Below are positions 44,071 through 52,433 of a DNA stretch of 58,247 bases, piece by piece. The position numbers and the translations under genes are program-made. This stretch comes from Patescibacteria group bacterium (GTDB lineage Bacteria; Patescibacteriota; Minisyncoccia; JAHIHE01; JAGLIN01). The stretch is taken from contig JAYEHC010000102.1 of the NCBI GenBank assembly GCA_034659355.1, positions 1 through 58,247 on the forward strand. Direction: 5' to 3'. The notes beneath the pieces were generated by a model that was given only the letters and a program-made list of their open reading frames with translations, was not told the DNA's origin and searched no databases. Position 1 is the first letter of the stretch; each line of letters opens with the position of its first letter.

Positions 44071-45276
44071 ATGAAATTTAAATATAAAGCAACAACAATA
44101 GAAGGAAGAGAACAAAAAGGAAGAATTGAGGCCGGAAGTATTGAGAGGGCTGTTGAACTGCTCCAAAAACATAAGCTGATTATTGTTTCAATTAAACCAA
44201 TAAGAGAATTTGCTTCTTTTACTAAAATATTTTCTTTCTTAAACAGAGTTAGCAAGAAAAAAGTCGTGATGTTTTCAAAAGAGCTTTCTGTTTTGCTGAC
44301 AGCGAATATACCGCTTGTGGAAGCGTTAAAAATACAATATGAGCAAGAAGATAATCCCTATTTCCGCGAGCAGATATTTATGATTAGCAAAATGGTTGAT
44401 GACGGTGCTCCTTTTTCAGTCGCTCTGTCTCGTTTTCCAAATATTTTTTCAGATTTTTATGTGAACATTGTTAAATCTGGCGAAGCGTCCGGAAAACTGC
44501 AAGAATCGCTCTATCATTTGTCAGCCTATATTGAAAAACAACATATTTTGACAAGCAAAGTTAAAAACGCTCTAATGTATCCAGCTGTTATTATGGGAGG
44601 ATTTGGGTTGGTTGGATTAGGAATGATGGCTTTTGTTGTTCCGCAGCTTATTAGCGTGTTTGAAGGCAGTGGACAGGAACTTCCGCTTCCAACAAAAATT
44701 TTAGTTGCGTCTAGCAATTTCATACAAGGAAATTTTATTTTGATATTAATTTCGTTGATCGTTTTCGGTTATATCATTAAAAAATATGTTAGCACTATAG
44801 AAGGAAAAGAAAAAGTTGATAAATTTATTTTGATGTTGCCTCAGTTTAAAACAATCTTTCAAAAATTTTATTTAGCTCGGTTTGCGGAAAACCTATCAAT
44901 GCTTATTGGAAGCGGTATTCCAATAGTTAATGCTCTAAAAATTTCTGGGGATGTTGTTGGAAACGAGGTTTACAAAAAAGTGGTTTATAATAGCGTTGAT
45001 GAAGTAAAAATGGGAGGATCTATCGCTTATGCTTTTGAAAGAAGCAATAATGTCCCTCCGCTTATAGCAAAAATGATTAGAGTTGGGGAAAAAACAGGAA
45101 GAGTTGATATTGTTTTGAAAGATGTGGGAAAGTTCTATACAAAAGAAGTTGATATAGCCGTTGACGGACTAATGTCTTTAATAGAGCCTATTATGATCTT
45201 TGTTCTTGGCGGGGGAGTCGGTCTTCTCGTTGCTGCTATCTTAATGCCTATCTATCAAATGACAGAAACGATGTAA
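44071..45276 (+). CDS. pilC: type IV pilus / T2SS platform protein (GspF/PilC family)
   Basis: 401 aa with two T2SSF repeats (LSVLLTANIPLVEAL, LSMLIGSGIPIVNAL) and three TM segments. Confidence 0.88.
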   Translation: MKFKYKATTIEGREQKGRIEAGSIERAVELLQKHKLIIVSIKPIREFASFTKIFSFLNRVSKKKVVMFSKELSVLLTANIPLVEALKIQYEQEDNPYFREQIFMISKMVDDGAPFSVALSRFPNIFSDFYVNIVKSGEASGKLQESLYHLSAYIEKQHILTSKVKNALMYPAVIMGGFGLVGLGMMAFVVPQLISVFEGSGQELPLPTKILVASSNFIQGNFILILISLIVFGYIIKKYVSTIEGKEKVDKFILMLPQFKTIFQKFYLARFAENLSMLIGSGIPIVNALKISGDVVGNEVYKKVVYNSVDEVKMGGSIAYAFERSNNVPPLIAKMIRVGEKTGRVDIVLKDVGKFYTKEVDIAVDGLMSLIEPIMIFVLGGGVGLLVAAILMPIYQMTETM

Positions 45277-45282
45277 GGGTTT

Positions 45283-45732
45283 GAATTGTGAATGGAGAAT
45301 TGTGAATAAAAATAAGAAAATTATGAATAATAGTTCAGAAAAAATAAAATCATTTACAGATTTAAATGCATGGAAAGAGTCTCATAAGTTGGTGTTAATG
45401 ATTTACAAGATTACCAAAAATTTTCCTAAGGAAGAAATGTTTGGGTTAACAAGTCAAACAAGAAAAACTGCGGTTTCCGTGATATCTAATATCGCCGAAG
45501 GTTTTTCAAGACAATCCTATAAAGAGAAAATCCAATTTTATTTTATAGCCCAAGGATCATTAACAGAAATACAAAGTCAATTATTGATTGCAAGAGATTT
45601 GAATTATATCAATAAACAGGATTTTAATAATGTCGCTGACCAAGCAATTATAGCTCATAAGCTTTTATGTGGTTTAATAAAAAAGTCAAAAGATATTAGT
45701 ACTCACAATTCACAATTCACAATTCACAATTC
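45283..45732 (+). mobile_element. rRNA-IVS-style cassette: four-helix-bundle ORF bracketed by inverted heptamer repeats
   Basis: The left arm GAATTGTGAATGGAGAATTGTGAAT (45283-45307) is the near-exact reverse complement of the right arm CACAATT x4 + C (45704-45732). Together they enclose the four-helix-bundle coding region. Confidence 0.55.
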
Positions 45733-46273
45733 TAATAACAAAAACGGTTTTACCTTGCTTGAATTAACTATTGTTATGGCTATTATAAGTATTATGAGCA
45801 TTATAGTAATTGTTGGGTATAGCAGTCAACGAGATTCTAAAGCGTTGTCTTTGGGAGAAAGTCAAATTATTAACGATATTAGAATTGCGCAGGGAAAGTC
45901 TTATAATATTTTAAGCATTAATGGCACATCTTTTCCGGAAGGCGGATATGGAATTAGATTTACAGAAGATTCTAATAAATATCTGATATTTGCCGACAAT
46001 GATAATAACAGGATATATACTAATATGACGGAAAATTATGAAGAAGTTGAACTTCCTAAAAATGTTAAGATCAGTTGTTTAGAAAAAGGAAGTGGATGTC
46101 TTGGTAGCGGTGGCTTTGCGGATATCGTTTTTCAGCCTCCTTATGGCAAGGTGTTTATAGATGGAGATGAAAAAACGATAGCGGGTGATTTCATAAATCT
46201 TGAAATTGAAATCAAAAATCAAGGCGGTTCTACTAAAACTATTGAAACGAGCAGTTCAAGACTGATAAAATAA
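45323..46273 (+). CDS. four-helix-bundle (23S rRNA IVS protein family) domain fused in frame to a prepilin-type N-terminal cleavage/methylation protein
   Basis: aa 1-125: FTDLNAWKESHKL..FGLTSQTRKTAVSVISNIAEGFSR..AQGSLTEIQSQL. Then THNSQFTIHNS (heptamer tract). Then NKNG|FTLLELTIVMAIISIMSIIV plus a pilin-like globular part. No start codon precedes the pilin part. Confidence 0.75.
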   Translation: MNNSSEKIKSFTDLNAWKESHKLVLMIYKITKNFPKEEMFGLTSQTRKTAVSVISNIAEGFSRQSYKEKIQFYFIAQGSLTEIQSQLLIARDLNYINKQDFNNVADQAIIAHKLLCGLIKKSKDISTHNSQFTIHNSNNKNGFTLLELTIVMAIISIMSIIVIVGYSSQRDSKALSLGESQIINDIRIAQGKSYNILSINGTSFPEGGYGIRFTEDSNKYLIFADNDNNRIYTNMTENYEEVELPKNVKISCLEKGSGCLGSGGFADIVFQPPYGKVFIDGDEKTIAGDFINLEIEIKNQGGSTKTIETSSSRLIK

Positions 46274-46305
46274 AAATTAATGTTATAGAAAGTGTTAAAA
46301 CTAAG

Positions 46306-46866
46306 ATGAAAATATTTTCAAAAAAACAAAATAAAAACGGATTTAGCATAATAGAGGTTATTGTTGCCACTGGAATTATTACAATTGGAATTATTCCTAT
46401 CATTGCGCTATTTAATCAAAATCTGAAAAGCGAAATTAGAAATAAAAATGTGCTTATTGCCACTTATCTTACCAATGAATCAATTGAAATTGTCAGGCAA
46501 AAAAGAGACAATAATTGGTCTGCGGGAGTAGATTGGATGACAGATATTCCAACTGGAGATGTTATCGTTGGGCTTGATAACAACAATGATATTAGAACAG
46601 GATGGGAGGTTGTTACGCCCGGAAGTATTGGCTACAGAAAAATTTATTTATCCGATGATGATTCTTATGTTCAATGTGATAATAGTTCTCTTGGCTCTTG
46701 GACAGAAACACCTTTTGAGAGATATTTAACGATAGATACTGGCGCGGGAACAAGCGGATGTCTTGCGGGACATGAAGATGATTGTATGCGGATAACTTCC
46801 TATGTTCTATTTGGCGGAACTCAAATTGTTGAAGTAACCGCTTACTTATACGATGACTGGAAATAA
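46306..46866 (+). CDS. prepilin-type (pseudo)pilin
   Basis: MKIFSKKQNKNG|FSIIEVIVATGIITIGI class III signal with Glu+5. Confidence 0.85.
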   Translation: MKIFSKKQNKNGFSIIEVIVATGIITIGIIPIIALFNQNLKSEIRNKNVLIATYLTNESIEIVRQKRDNNWSAGVDWMTDIPTGDVIVGLDNNNDIRTGWEVVTPGSIGYRKIYLSDDDSYVQCDNSSLGSWTETPFERYLTIDTGAGTSGCLAGHEDDCMRITSYVLFGGTQIVEVTAYLYDDWK

Positions 46867-47087
46867 TAAATTTATAAATAGGGGCTGCTGATTTTCTCCA
46901 ATTATTCCTCCCCTTGAATAAGAGGAGGCTAGAAGGGGTTTGAAAAACTGGCTTAAACAAACTGAATTATTTTTTAAAATATTTCTGAATTTATCTCTTT
47001 TTATAAAAAATAGATAAAAATCAGCAGAGCCTATTTAAATTCTTCATATGAAATGCAGCTATAATAAATTTAGGACTTCTTCATTTT

Positions 47088-47180
47088 TGTCGCCCCGTCG
47101 CAGTCTCTCGATAGGAGACTGCGACAAGAAAACGCGCAGTCCGCTGTAGTCCTCTATCGGGAGACTGCAGTGAGACGGAA
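47088..47180 (+). repeat. 93-nt double-hairpin element, copy 3
   Basis: TGTCGCCCCGTCGCAGTCTCTCGATAGGAGACTGCGACAAGAAAACGCGCAGTCCGCTGTAGTCC..GAGACTGCAGTGAGACGGAA, located between two pilin genes. Confidence 0.85.
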
Positions 47181-47213
47181 ACAAAAAAAAGGGAACAGTA
47201 ATAAATTCTTTAT

Positions 47214-47759
47214 ATGAAACACAATTATAATAAATTACATAATAAAAACGGTTTTACACTGGTGGAAACACTGGTGGCTGTTGGGATATTTTCCATAGTA
47301 GTTTCTGTGGCAGTCGGAGCATTTATTGGAAGTAGCAGTTCGCAAAAAAAAATTATAGAACTTTCCGACACTCAAAGAGAAGCGAGTTATTTAATAGAGA
47401 CAGTTTCCAGAGAGTTAAGAATGGCAACGGCGATAAATCCAGATCAAGAAAATAACAATACTCACAAGATAGAATTCACTAACTATGAGTCTATTTTAGT
47501 AGAATATTGCCGAGCTGACCAAAGTGGAAATTGCGATAATAGCGGTGATTATTTTGCGCGCGACGGGGAGATTATAAATTCTTCTAAGATAAAAATAACA
47601 AACTTGATTTTTTATGTAACTGATAATTTTGATGGTCTGGCTCCCGTTGAAGATAAAAAACAACCAGTTATTACCGTCTCTATGAAAGTGCAATCAACTG
47701 GCAAGTATGGCACGGAATTTGTATTACAAAACAGTATTGCGTTGAGATTATATAACTAA
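47214..47759 (+). CDS. prepilin-type (pseudo)pilin
   Basis: MKHNYNKLHNKNG|FTLVETLVAVGIFSIV class III signal. Confidence 0.85.
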   Translation: MKHNYNKLHNKNGFTLVETLVAVGIFSIVVSVAVGAFIGSSSSQKKIIELSDTQREASYLIETVSRELRMATAINPDQENNNTHKIEFTNYESILVEYCRADQSGNCDNSGDYFARDGEIINSSKIKITNLIFYVTDNFDGLAPVEDKKQPVITVSMKVQSTGKYGTEFVLQNSIALRLYN

Positions 47760-47770
47760 TAATTTAGAAT

Positions 47771-48199
47771 ATGAAAGATGGAAATCTGACGATAATTAAA
47801 AAAAATCAAAAAGGGCAAGCGGCTTTGCTGATCGTATTAATTGTAATGGGTTTATTATTGTTTGTTAGTTTAGTCTTAACGAATATGATTGCGAAACGGA
47901 CAAAAACAACTAATGACGCTTTGCAATCTGTCCAAGCGTACTATTTAGCGGACTCTGGAACAGAACAGCTTTTATATTTGTGCAAGGCGCTTCCAGAAGG
48001 TCATTCAGATGAAGTAAAGCCTGCTAGCGGTTCGTCGGATTTAATACCAAGCGGTCCGGGAAAACAAGGTATTGATTTTGACGGTGGCGGTGTTGACGGT
48101 TATTTTAAAGCTGTTAGAGAACAGAGCGCTCCGCTCCTAGTCCTAAAAATCACCGGCTATTATAAAAATACCGCGAGAGCCGTGCGATTGTCTTACTGA
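47771..48199 (+). CDS. PilX-N-like pilus assembly/minor pilin-like protein
   Basis: KGQAALLIVLIVMGLLLF hydrophobic N-terminus without the G|F site, and QAYYLADSGTEQ resembling the PilX_N pattern. Confidence 0.55.
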   Translation: MKDGNLTIIKKNQKGQAALLIVLIVMGLLLFVSLVLTNMIAKRTKTTNDALQSVQAYYLADSGTEQLLYLCKALPEGHSDEVKPASGSSDLIPSGPGKQGIDFDGGGVDGYFKAVREQSAPLLVLKITGYYKNTARAVRLSY

Positions 48200-48393
48200 T
48201 GTTCACGATAAAATTTACTTTGAGATTATCTTGATAATAGTTCTTATTCCAATTGTTACATTTTTTCTGATGCGCGTTTTTAATATAGCGTAAAGTTAGA
48301 GAATGTGTTTTTAAAAAGAACAAGCAAATGTTTGCCATCTGACTTTTATTCAGTTTATTGAAACTTAATTTATAATTCATCTAATTAAAAATC

Positions 48394-48957
48394 ATGAAAA
48401 AAGAAATAGCAAAAAGAAAAATAAAACAAAAAAAGAAACAGCAAAAATACCAAGGAGAAACAATTTACTTTGAAATAATTTTGATGATTATTCTTATTCC
48501 GACCATTGTTTTATTTCTAGTGCCCATTTTTCAAAAACCTCTTTTTGAAAATACGCAGAGACAGTTGCCTACAAGAATTCACAAGATTGCCAGTAAAAAT
48601 TCTGTGGAAATTGTAGCTGAAAAAAATATTTACAGAGCGGGAGATGAAATAGTTCTTTCTATAAAAAATAATTCAAATAGTTCCATATATTTTGAACCGT
48701 GCGAATATCTGAATAATTTTGAAAAGAAAGTCAATGGTGTTTGGGTGGATGAAAGCAGTATTGTTAAAAATAAAATTTACGATTCTAATAATTTTAGAAA
48801 AGGGGAAAATGTGACTAGTTGCAGATTAAATTTGCCAAAATTGGGCATTGGAATATACAGAGTTGTTGTTAAGGTGTATTATAATTGTCAGATGCCTGGT
48901 GAAGCTACATGTTCAGATTCAAAAACTTTTTATTCAAATGAGTTTAGAATTTATTAA
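48394..48957 (+). CDS. hypothetical membrane-anchored protein
   Basis: Lys-rich N-terminus, one TM (IILMIILIPTIVLFLVPIF), and a beta-rich C-domain with 3 Cys. No family recognised. Confidence 0.45.
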   Translation: MKKEIAKRKIKQKKKQQKYQGETIYFEIILMIILIPTIVLFLVPIFQKPLFENTQRQLPTRIHKIASKNSVEIVAEKNIYRAGDEIVLSIKNNSNSSIYFEPCEYLNNFEKKVNGVWVDESSIVKNKIYDSNNFRKGENVTSCRLNLPKLGIGIYRVVVKVYYNCQMPGEATCSDSKTFYSNEFRIY

Positions 48958-48958
48958 A

Positions 48959-50230
48959 ATGCCAAATAAAATAAAAAAAATTCAAGCAAGAGAAATTCTT
49001 GATTCTCGCGGCAATCCAACTGTTGAAGTTGAGGTTATTTTAGATAATAAAATCAAGACAGAAGCGTCAGTTGCGTCTGGCGCGTCAACAGGGAAATTTG
49101 AAGCATTGGAATTGAGAGATGGGGACAAATCAAGATATGGCAAAAAAGGCGTTTTGCGAGCGTGTAAAAATGTTAATCAGGGAATAAACAAAGCGCTGGC
49201 TGGGCAAAGCGTAACAAGTCAGAAAAAAATAGACAAGATTATGCTAGAATTGGATAGAACTGAAAACAAATCAAGTCTAGGCGCAAACGCGATTTTAGGA
49301 GTGTCGCTTGCTTGCGCCAAAGCTGGAGCTAAAGTGGCAAATAAACCGTTGTATAACTATCTTATAAAAACCTACAACTTAAAATCCGCAACCTATAATC
49401 TGCCCACCCCGATGTTTAACATCTTAAATGGCGGTAAGCACGCAAATAGCGGTCTGGCGATTCAAGAATTTATGATTGTGCCATTGGGAATTAAATCCGT
49501 GAAAGAAAAGATTAGAGCGGGAAGTGAAATTTTTTATAATTTAAAAAATATTTTGTCCGAATTTAATTATTCAACCGGCGTAGGGGATGAAGGCGGGTTT
49601 GCTCCAAAGCTGGCCAGTCATTATAAAGCGTTTGATTTAATCGGCAAAGCGGTTAAAAAAGCGGGGTATAAAAAAGGAGAGGAGATATTTTTCGCTGTTG
49701 ATGTAGCGGCGAATTCGTTTTTTGTTTTAGAAGATAATAAATATATTTTAAAACCCGAAAATATTTCTTTAGATTGTCAAAAATTAACAACGCTGTATTT
49801 AAAATGGATTGAAAAATATCCCTTGTTTTCGATTGAAGACGGTTTGAGTGAGGAAGACTGGGAAGAATGGAAAGAGATGAAGAAAAAGTTGATTGCCAAA
49901 AATAACAAACTTATGATAGTAGCGGATGATTTAACAGTTACGAATACAAAGAGATTGCAAAAAGCGATTGATTATAATTGCGCGAATGCGATTATTATCA
50001 AACCCAATCAAATTGGGACTTTAACGGAGACAATAGAATGCGTAAAAACAGCGCAAAAAGCTGGTTGGAAAATCATTGTTTCTCATCGATCGGGAGAAAC
50101 CTGCGATGATTTTATCGCGGACTTAGCAGTTGCCGTCAACGCTGATTTTCTAAAAGCGGGATCGTTATCTCGCGGGGAAAGATTGGCAAAATATAATCGA
50201 TTGATGAAAATAGAAGAAGAAATACAGTAG
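48959..50230 (+). CDS. eno: enolase
   Basis: KIQAREILDSRGNPTVEVEV, SGETCD (variant of the enolase SGETED box), LKAGSLSRGERLAKYNRLMKIEEE. ATG 48959 is preferred over the track's 48848, which overlaps the upstream gene. Confidence 0.93.
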   Translation: MPNKIKKIQAREILDSRGNPTVEVEVILDNKIKTEASVASGASTGKFEALELRDGDKSRYGKKGVLRACKNVNQGINKALAGQSVTSQKKIDKIMLELDRTENKSSLGANAILGVSLACAKAGAKVANKPLYNYLIKTYNLKSATYNLPTPMFNILNGGKHANSGLAIQEFMIVPLGIKSVKEKIRAGSEIFYNLKNILSEFNYSTGVGDEGGFAPKLASHYKAFDLIGKAVKKAGYKKGEEIFFAVDVAANSFFVLEDNKYILKPENISLDCQKLTTLYLKWIEKYPLFSIEDGLSEEDWEEWKEMKKKLIAKNNKLMIVADDLTVTNTKRLQKAIDYNCANAIIIKPNQIGTLTETIECVKTAQKAGWKIIVSHRSGETCDDFIADLAVAVNADFLKAGSLSRGERLAKYNRLMKIEEEIQ

Positions 50231-50238
50231 AATATGAA

Positions 50239-52218
50239 TCACAAAATTCTTTCTGGATCAATATCAATTATCCAGTTTTTTTTGACTAAATTTAATACTA
50301 AATTTCTCAATTTAATATCTTTGCAAGTTGACTTAATAATTATGTGCCAGCGATATTTACCAAATTCTTTATAGCTGGAAGCGGGAAACGGCTTGACAAT
50401 CTCGAACTTGTTTTTCAGATTCTTATCGTTTTTTATTTTACTGTCCAAAATTCTAAACATTCTTTCCGCTTCCGCTTGGCAATTTTGGGAATTAAAATCT
50501 TTATAAATTAATTTAATAAGTTGCGCAAATGGAGGATAGCCAATTTTATTTTTTAAGATAGCTTTTCTATTCTTAATTTCTGCCAAATAAAATTTGTGAA
50601 GATTACCATTCTTAATAATTTTAAATAAATTATTGTCTGGTTTGTGGCTTTGAATGATAACCTGATGGTTTTTACTAACTTTATTATAAAGGAACATTAG
50701 AAACTGAAATGATTTTTCGCGAGAGTTAAACTCTGGCTGGTTGAAAATTATTTCTGGAAATAAAATTGCTGTTAGGGCAAGATTTTCCAGATTCCAATTT
50801 TTTAAAACCATTTGCGTGCCGATTAAAACATCAATTTTTTTATCTATAAAATCCTGATATATTTTAATTCGTTTTGATTTATTGGAAGCAGTATCGCTAT
50901 CCAAACGATTTATTTTTATATTTTTATTGGCGAACAATTTTTTTATCGCCCTTTCAATTTTTTCTGAGCCATAGCCAAAAGAGCTTATATTTTGTCCCGC
51001 GCATTTTGAGCATTTTTTAATCAAGCCTACTTTTTCTTGGCATTTTTGGCAATATAAATAATTTCCGTAAGAAATCAATGTTGTTTCGCAGTTTTTGCAT
51101 TGCGCTATCCAGTGGCAATCACGGCATTGAGTGATCGTATTATTTCCCAGTCGCGGAATAAAAATAATTGCCTGTTTTCTTTGATAGATATTTTCCAGCA
51201 AGCTCTTCTGTAAATCTTCGGATAAAACAGAATAATTTCCTTTTTGGTGTTCGGTATTTAAGTCTACGAGATGAAAATTAAGATTATTGGGCAAAGGCTT
51301 GAATCTGTCCGAGTATTTATTCTGCGCGTCATAATAATTTTTTACACTTGGCGACGGAGAAGATAAGATAATCTTTGCTTTCCAAATCTTCGTCAATTTT
51401 TCCGCAACTGTTACTCCATGATATCTGGGATTCATATCCCATTGTTTATAACTTGAACTATGTTCATCGTCAACAATAATTAGTTTTAGATTTTGAAACG
51501 GCGCAAAAACCGCTTGTCGCGTTCCGATAATAATTTTTATAGAGCCATTTTTTATTTTCTGCCATTCATTAAAATATTGATTTTTGGTTAGCTCGCTTGT
51601 CAAAATCGCAATCTTATCTTCTCCGAATTTATTTTTGTAAAAATTGGAAAAATTATAAATATCAAAATATTCCGGAAGTAAAACCAACACTTGATTTTTC
51701 CCCTTGATATTTTTCTTAATAATCCTGCTGTATAAATCGTGTCTTTCCGCTTGTAAATTATGAATAAAAAGAATTTTATTTTCAAGTTTTAAATTTTTTA
51801 GTTTGAGCGCGGATACGGAACTTAGTTCCGAGAGGCGTGAAAGTTCAATCTTTTTTCTAGGCTTATTTTTTGTGATAGCCGGAACGATAGTTTTCATAAC
51901 TAAACTCAACGGCGTATAATAATACGCAGAAATATATTCAGCTAGTTTGATTTGCTCTTTAGATAAGGCTATAGAATTATCCAGCAAGCCATTAATAGGT
52001 TGCAGTTTATATTTAAAATTTTTAAGATCTTCCTTTTTTAACTCGCAAACCACACCTATAATTTTTCTGTTTCTAAAAAAAATTTCAACCAGCATCCCGG
52101 TTTTTATTTTTTTTTCAAATTTATCCTGAACCGCATAACTAAAAACTTGTGTTACGCCTTGGGGCAATTTTGTGGCAGGGGCAATTTTTGCAATCAGTCT
52201 TTTGTTGTCATTCTTCAT
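50239..52218 (-). CDS. priA: primosomal protein N' (replication restart helicase)
   Basis: VDDEHSSSYKQ (DExH-like) and the Cys-rich zinc module CRDCHWIAQCKNCETTL..CQKCQ..CSKCAG. 659 aa. Confidence 0.85.
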   Translation of the reverse strand: MKNDNKRLIAKIAPATKLPQGVTQVFSYAVQDKFEKKIKTGMLVEIFFRNRKIIGVVCELKKEDLKNFKYKLQPINGLLDNSIALSKEQIKLAEYISAYYYTPLSLVMKTIVPAITKNKPRKKIELSRLSELSSVSALKLKNLKLENKILFIHNLQAERHDLYSRIIKKNIKGKNQVLVLLPEYFDIYNFSNFYKNKFGEDKIAILTSELTKNQYFNEWQKIKNGSIKIIIGTRQAVFAPFQNLKLIIVDDEHSSSYKQWDMNPRYHGVTVAEKLTKIWKAKIILSSPSPSVKNYYDAQNKYSDRFKPLPNNLNFHLVDLNTEHQKGNYSVLSEDLQKSLLENIYQRKQAIIFIPRLGNNTITQCRDCHWIAQCKNCETTLISYGNYLYCQKCQEKVGLIKKCSKCAGQNISSFGYGSEKIERAIKKLFANKNIKINRLDSDTASNKSKRIKIYQDFIDKKIDVLIGTQMVLKNWNLENLALTAILFPEIIFNQPEFNSREKSFQFLMFLYNKVSKNHQVIIQSHKPDNNLFKIIKNGNLHKFYLAEIKNRKAILKNKIGYPPFAQLIKLIYKDFNSQNCQAEAERMFRILDSKIKNDKNLKNKFEIVKPFPASSYKEFGKYRWHIIIKSTCKDIKLRNLVLNLVKKNWIIDIDPERIL

Positions 52219-52433
52219 ATAAAATCTTTATTTTTTGCTAATTTCACATTTTCACTTATACTTTCATTATATATCTTTATTTGCATTAGTCCAAACAATT
52301 AACGCAGATAATTTTTATTGCGCTGGGCAAAATTTCCATTGCGACGAAATTTATAAGCATAACAGTTTTCTTTGACTTTTTCCAGTTTTTTGCTAAGATA
52401 TAGACATAAGATTTAATTTTATATTCAATCAAA

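Noticed and set aside
45323-45700. The four-helix-bundle ORF might be the Avd accessory protein of a diversity-generating retroelement targeting the neighbouring giant surface protein or pilins.
   Set aside because: Avd proteins do share this fold. However, the window has no reverse-transcriptase ORF, and I could not find a template/variable repeat pair with adenine-specific differences. The flanking inverted heptamers fit an IVS-type cassette better. A genome-wide search for an RT gene and a TR/VR pair would still be worthwhile.
9478-47180. The hairpin repeats (93-nt double hairpins, GTCATT..AATGAC units, GGCTCC..GGAGCC units) might be CRISPR repeats.
   Set aside because: The copies are dispersed singly, tens of kb apart (9.5, 29.4 and 47.1 kb). 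There is no regular repeat-spacer periodicity and no cas genes in the window. They behave like REP/MITE-type elements.
48848-48958. The N-terminal extensions proposed by the ORF track for eno (48848), the flavoprotein (8571), PBP2 (31426), mreD (30909), the ABC ATPase (2874) and the bundle-pilin ORF (45281).
   Set aside because: The extensions overlap upstream genes or repeats and precede the conserved protein N-termini. Internal ATGs at 48959, 8646, 31471, 30954, 2889 and 45323 match family consensus starts.
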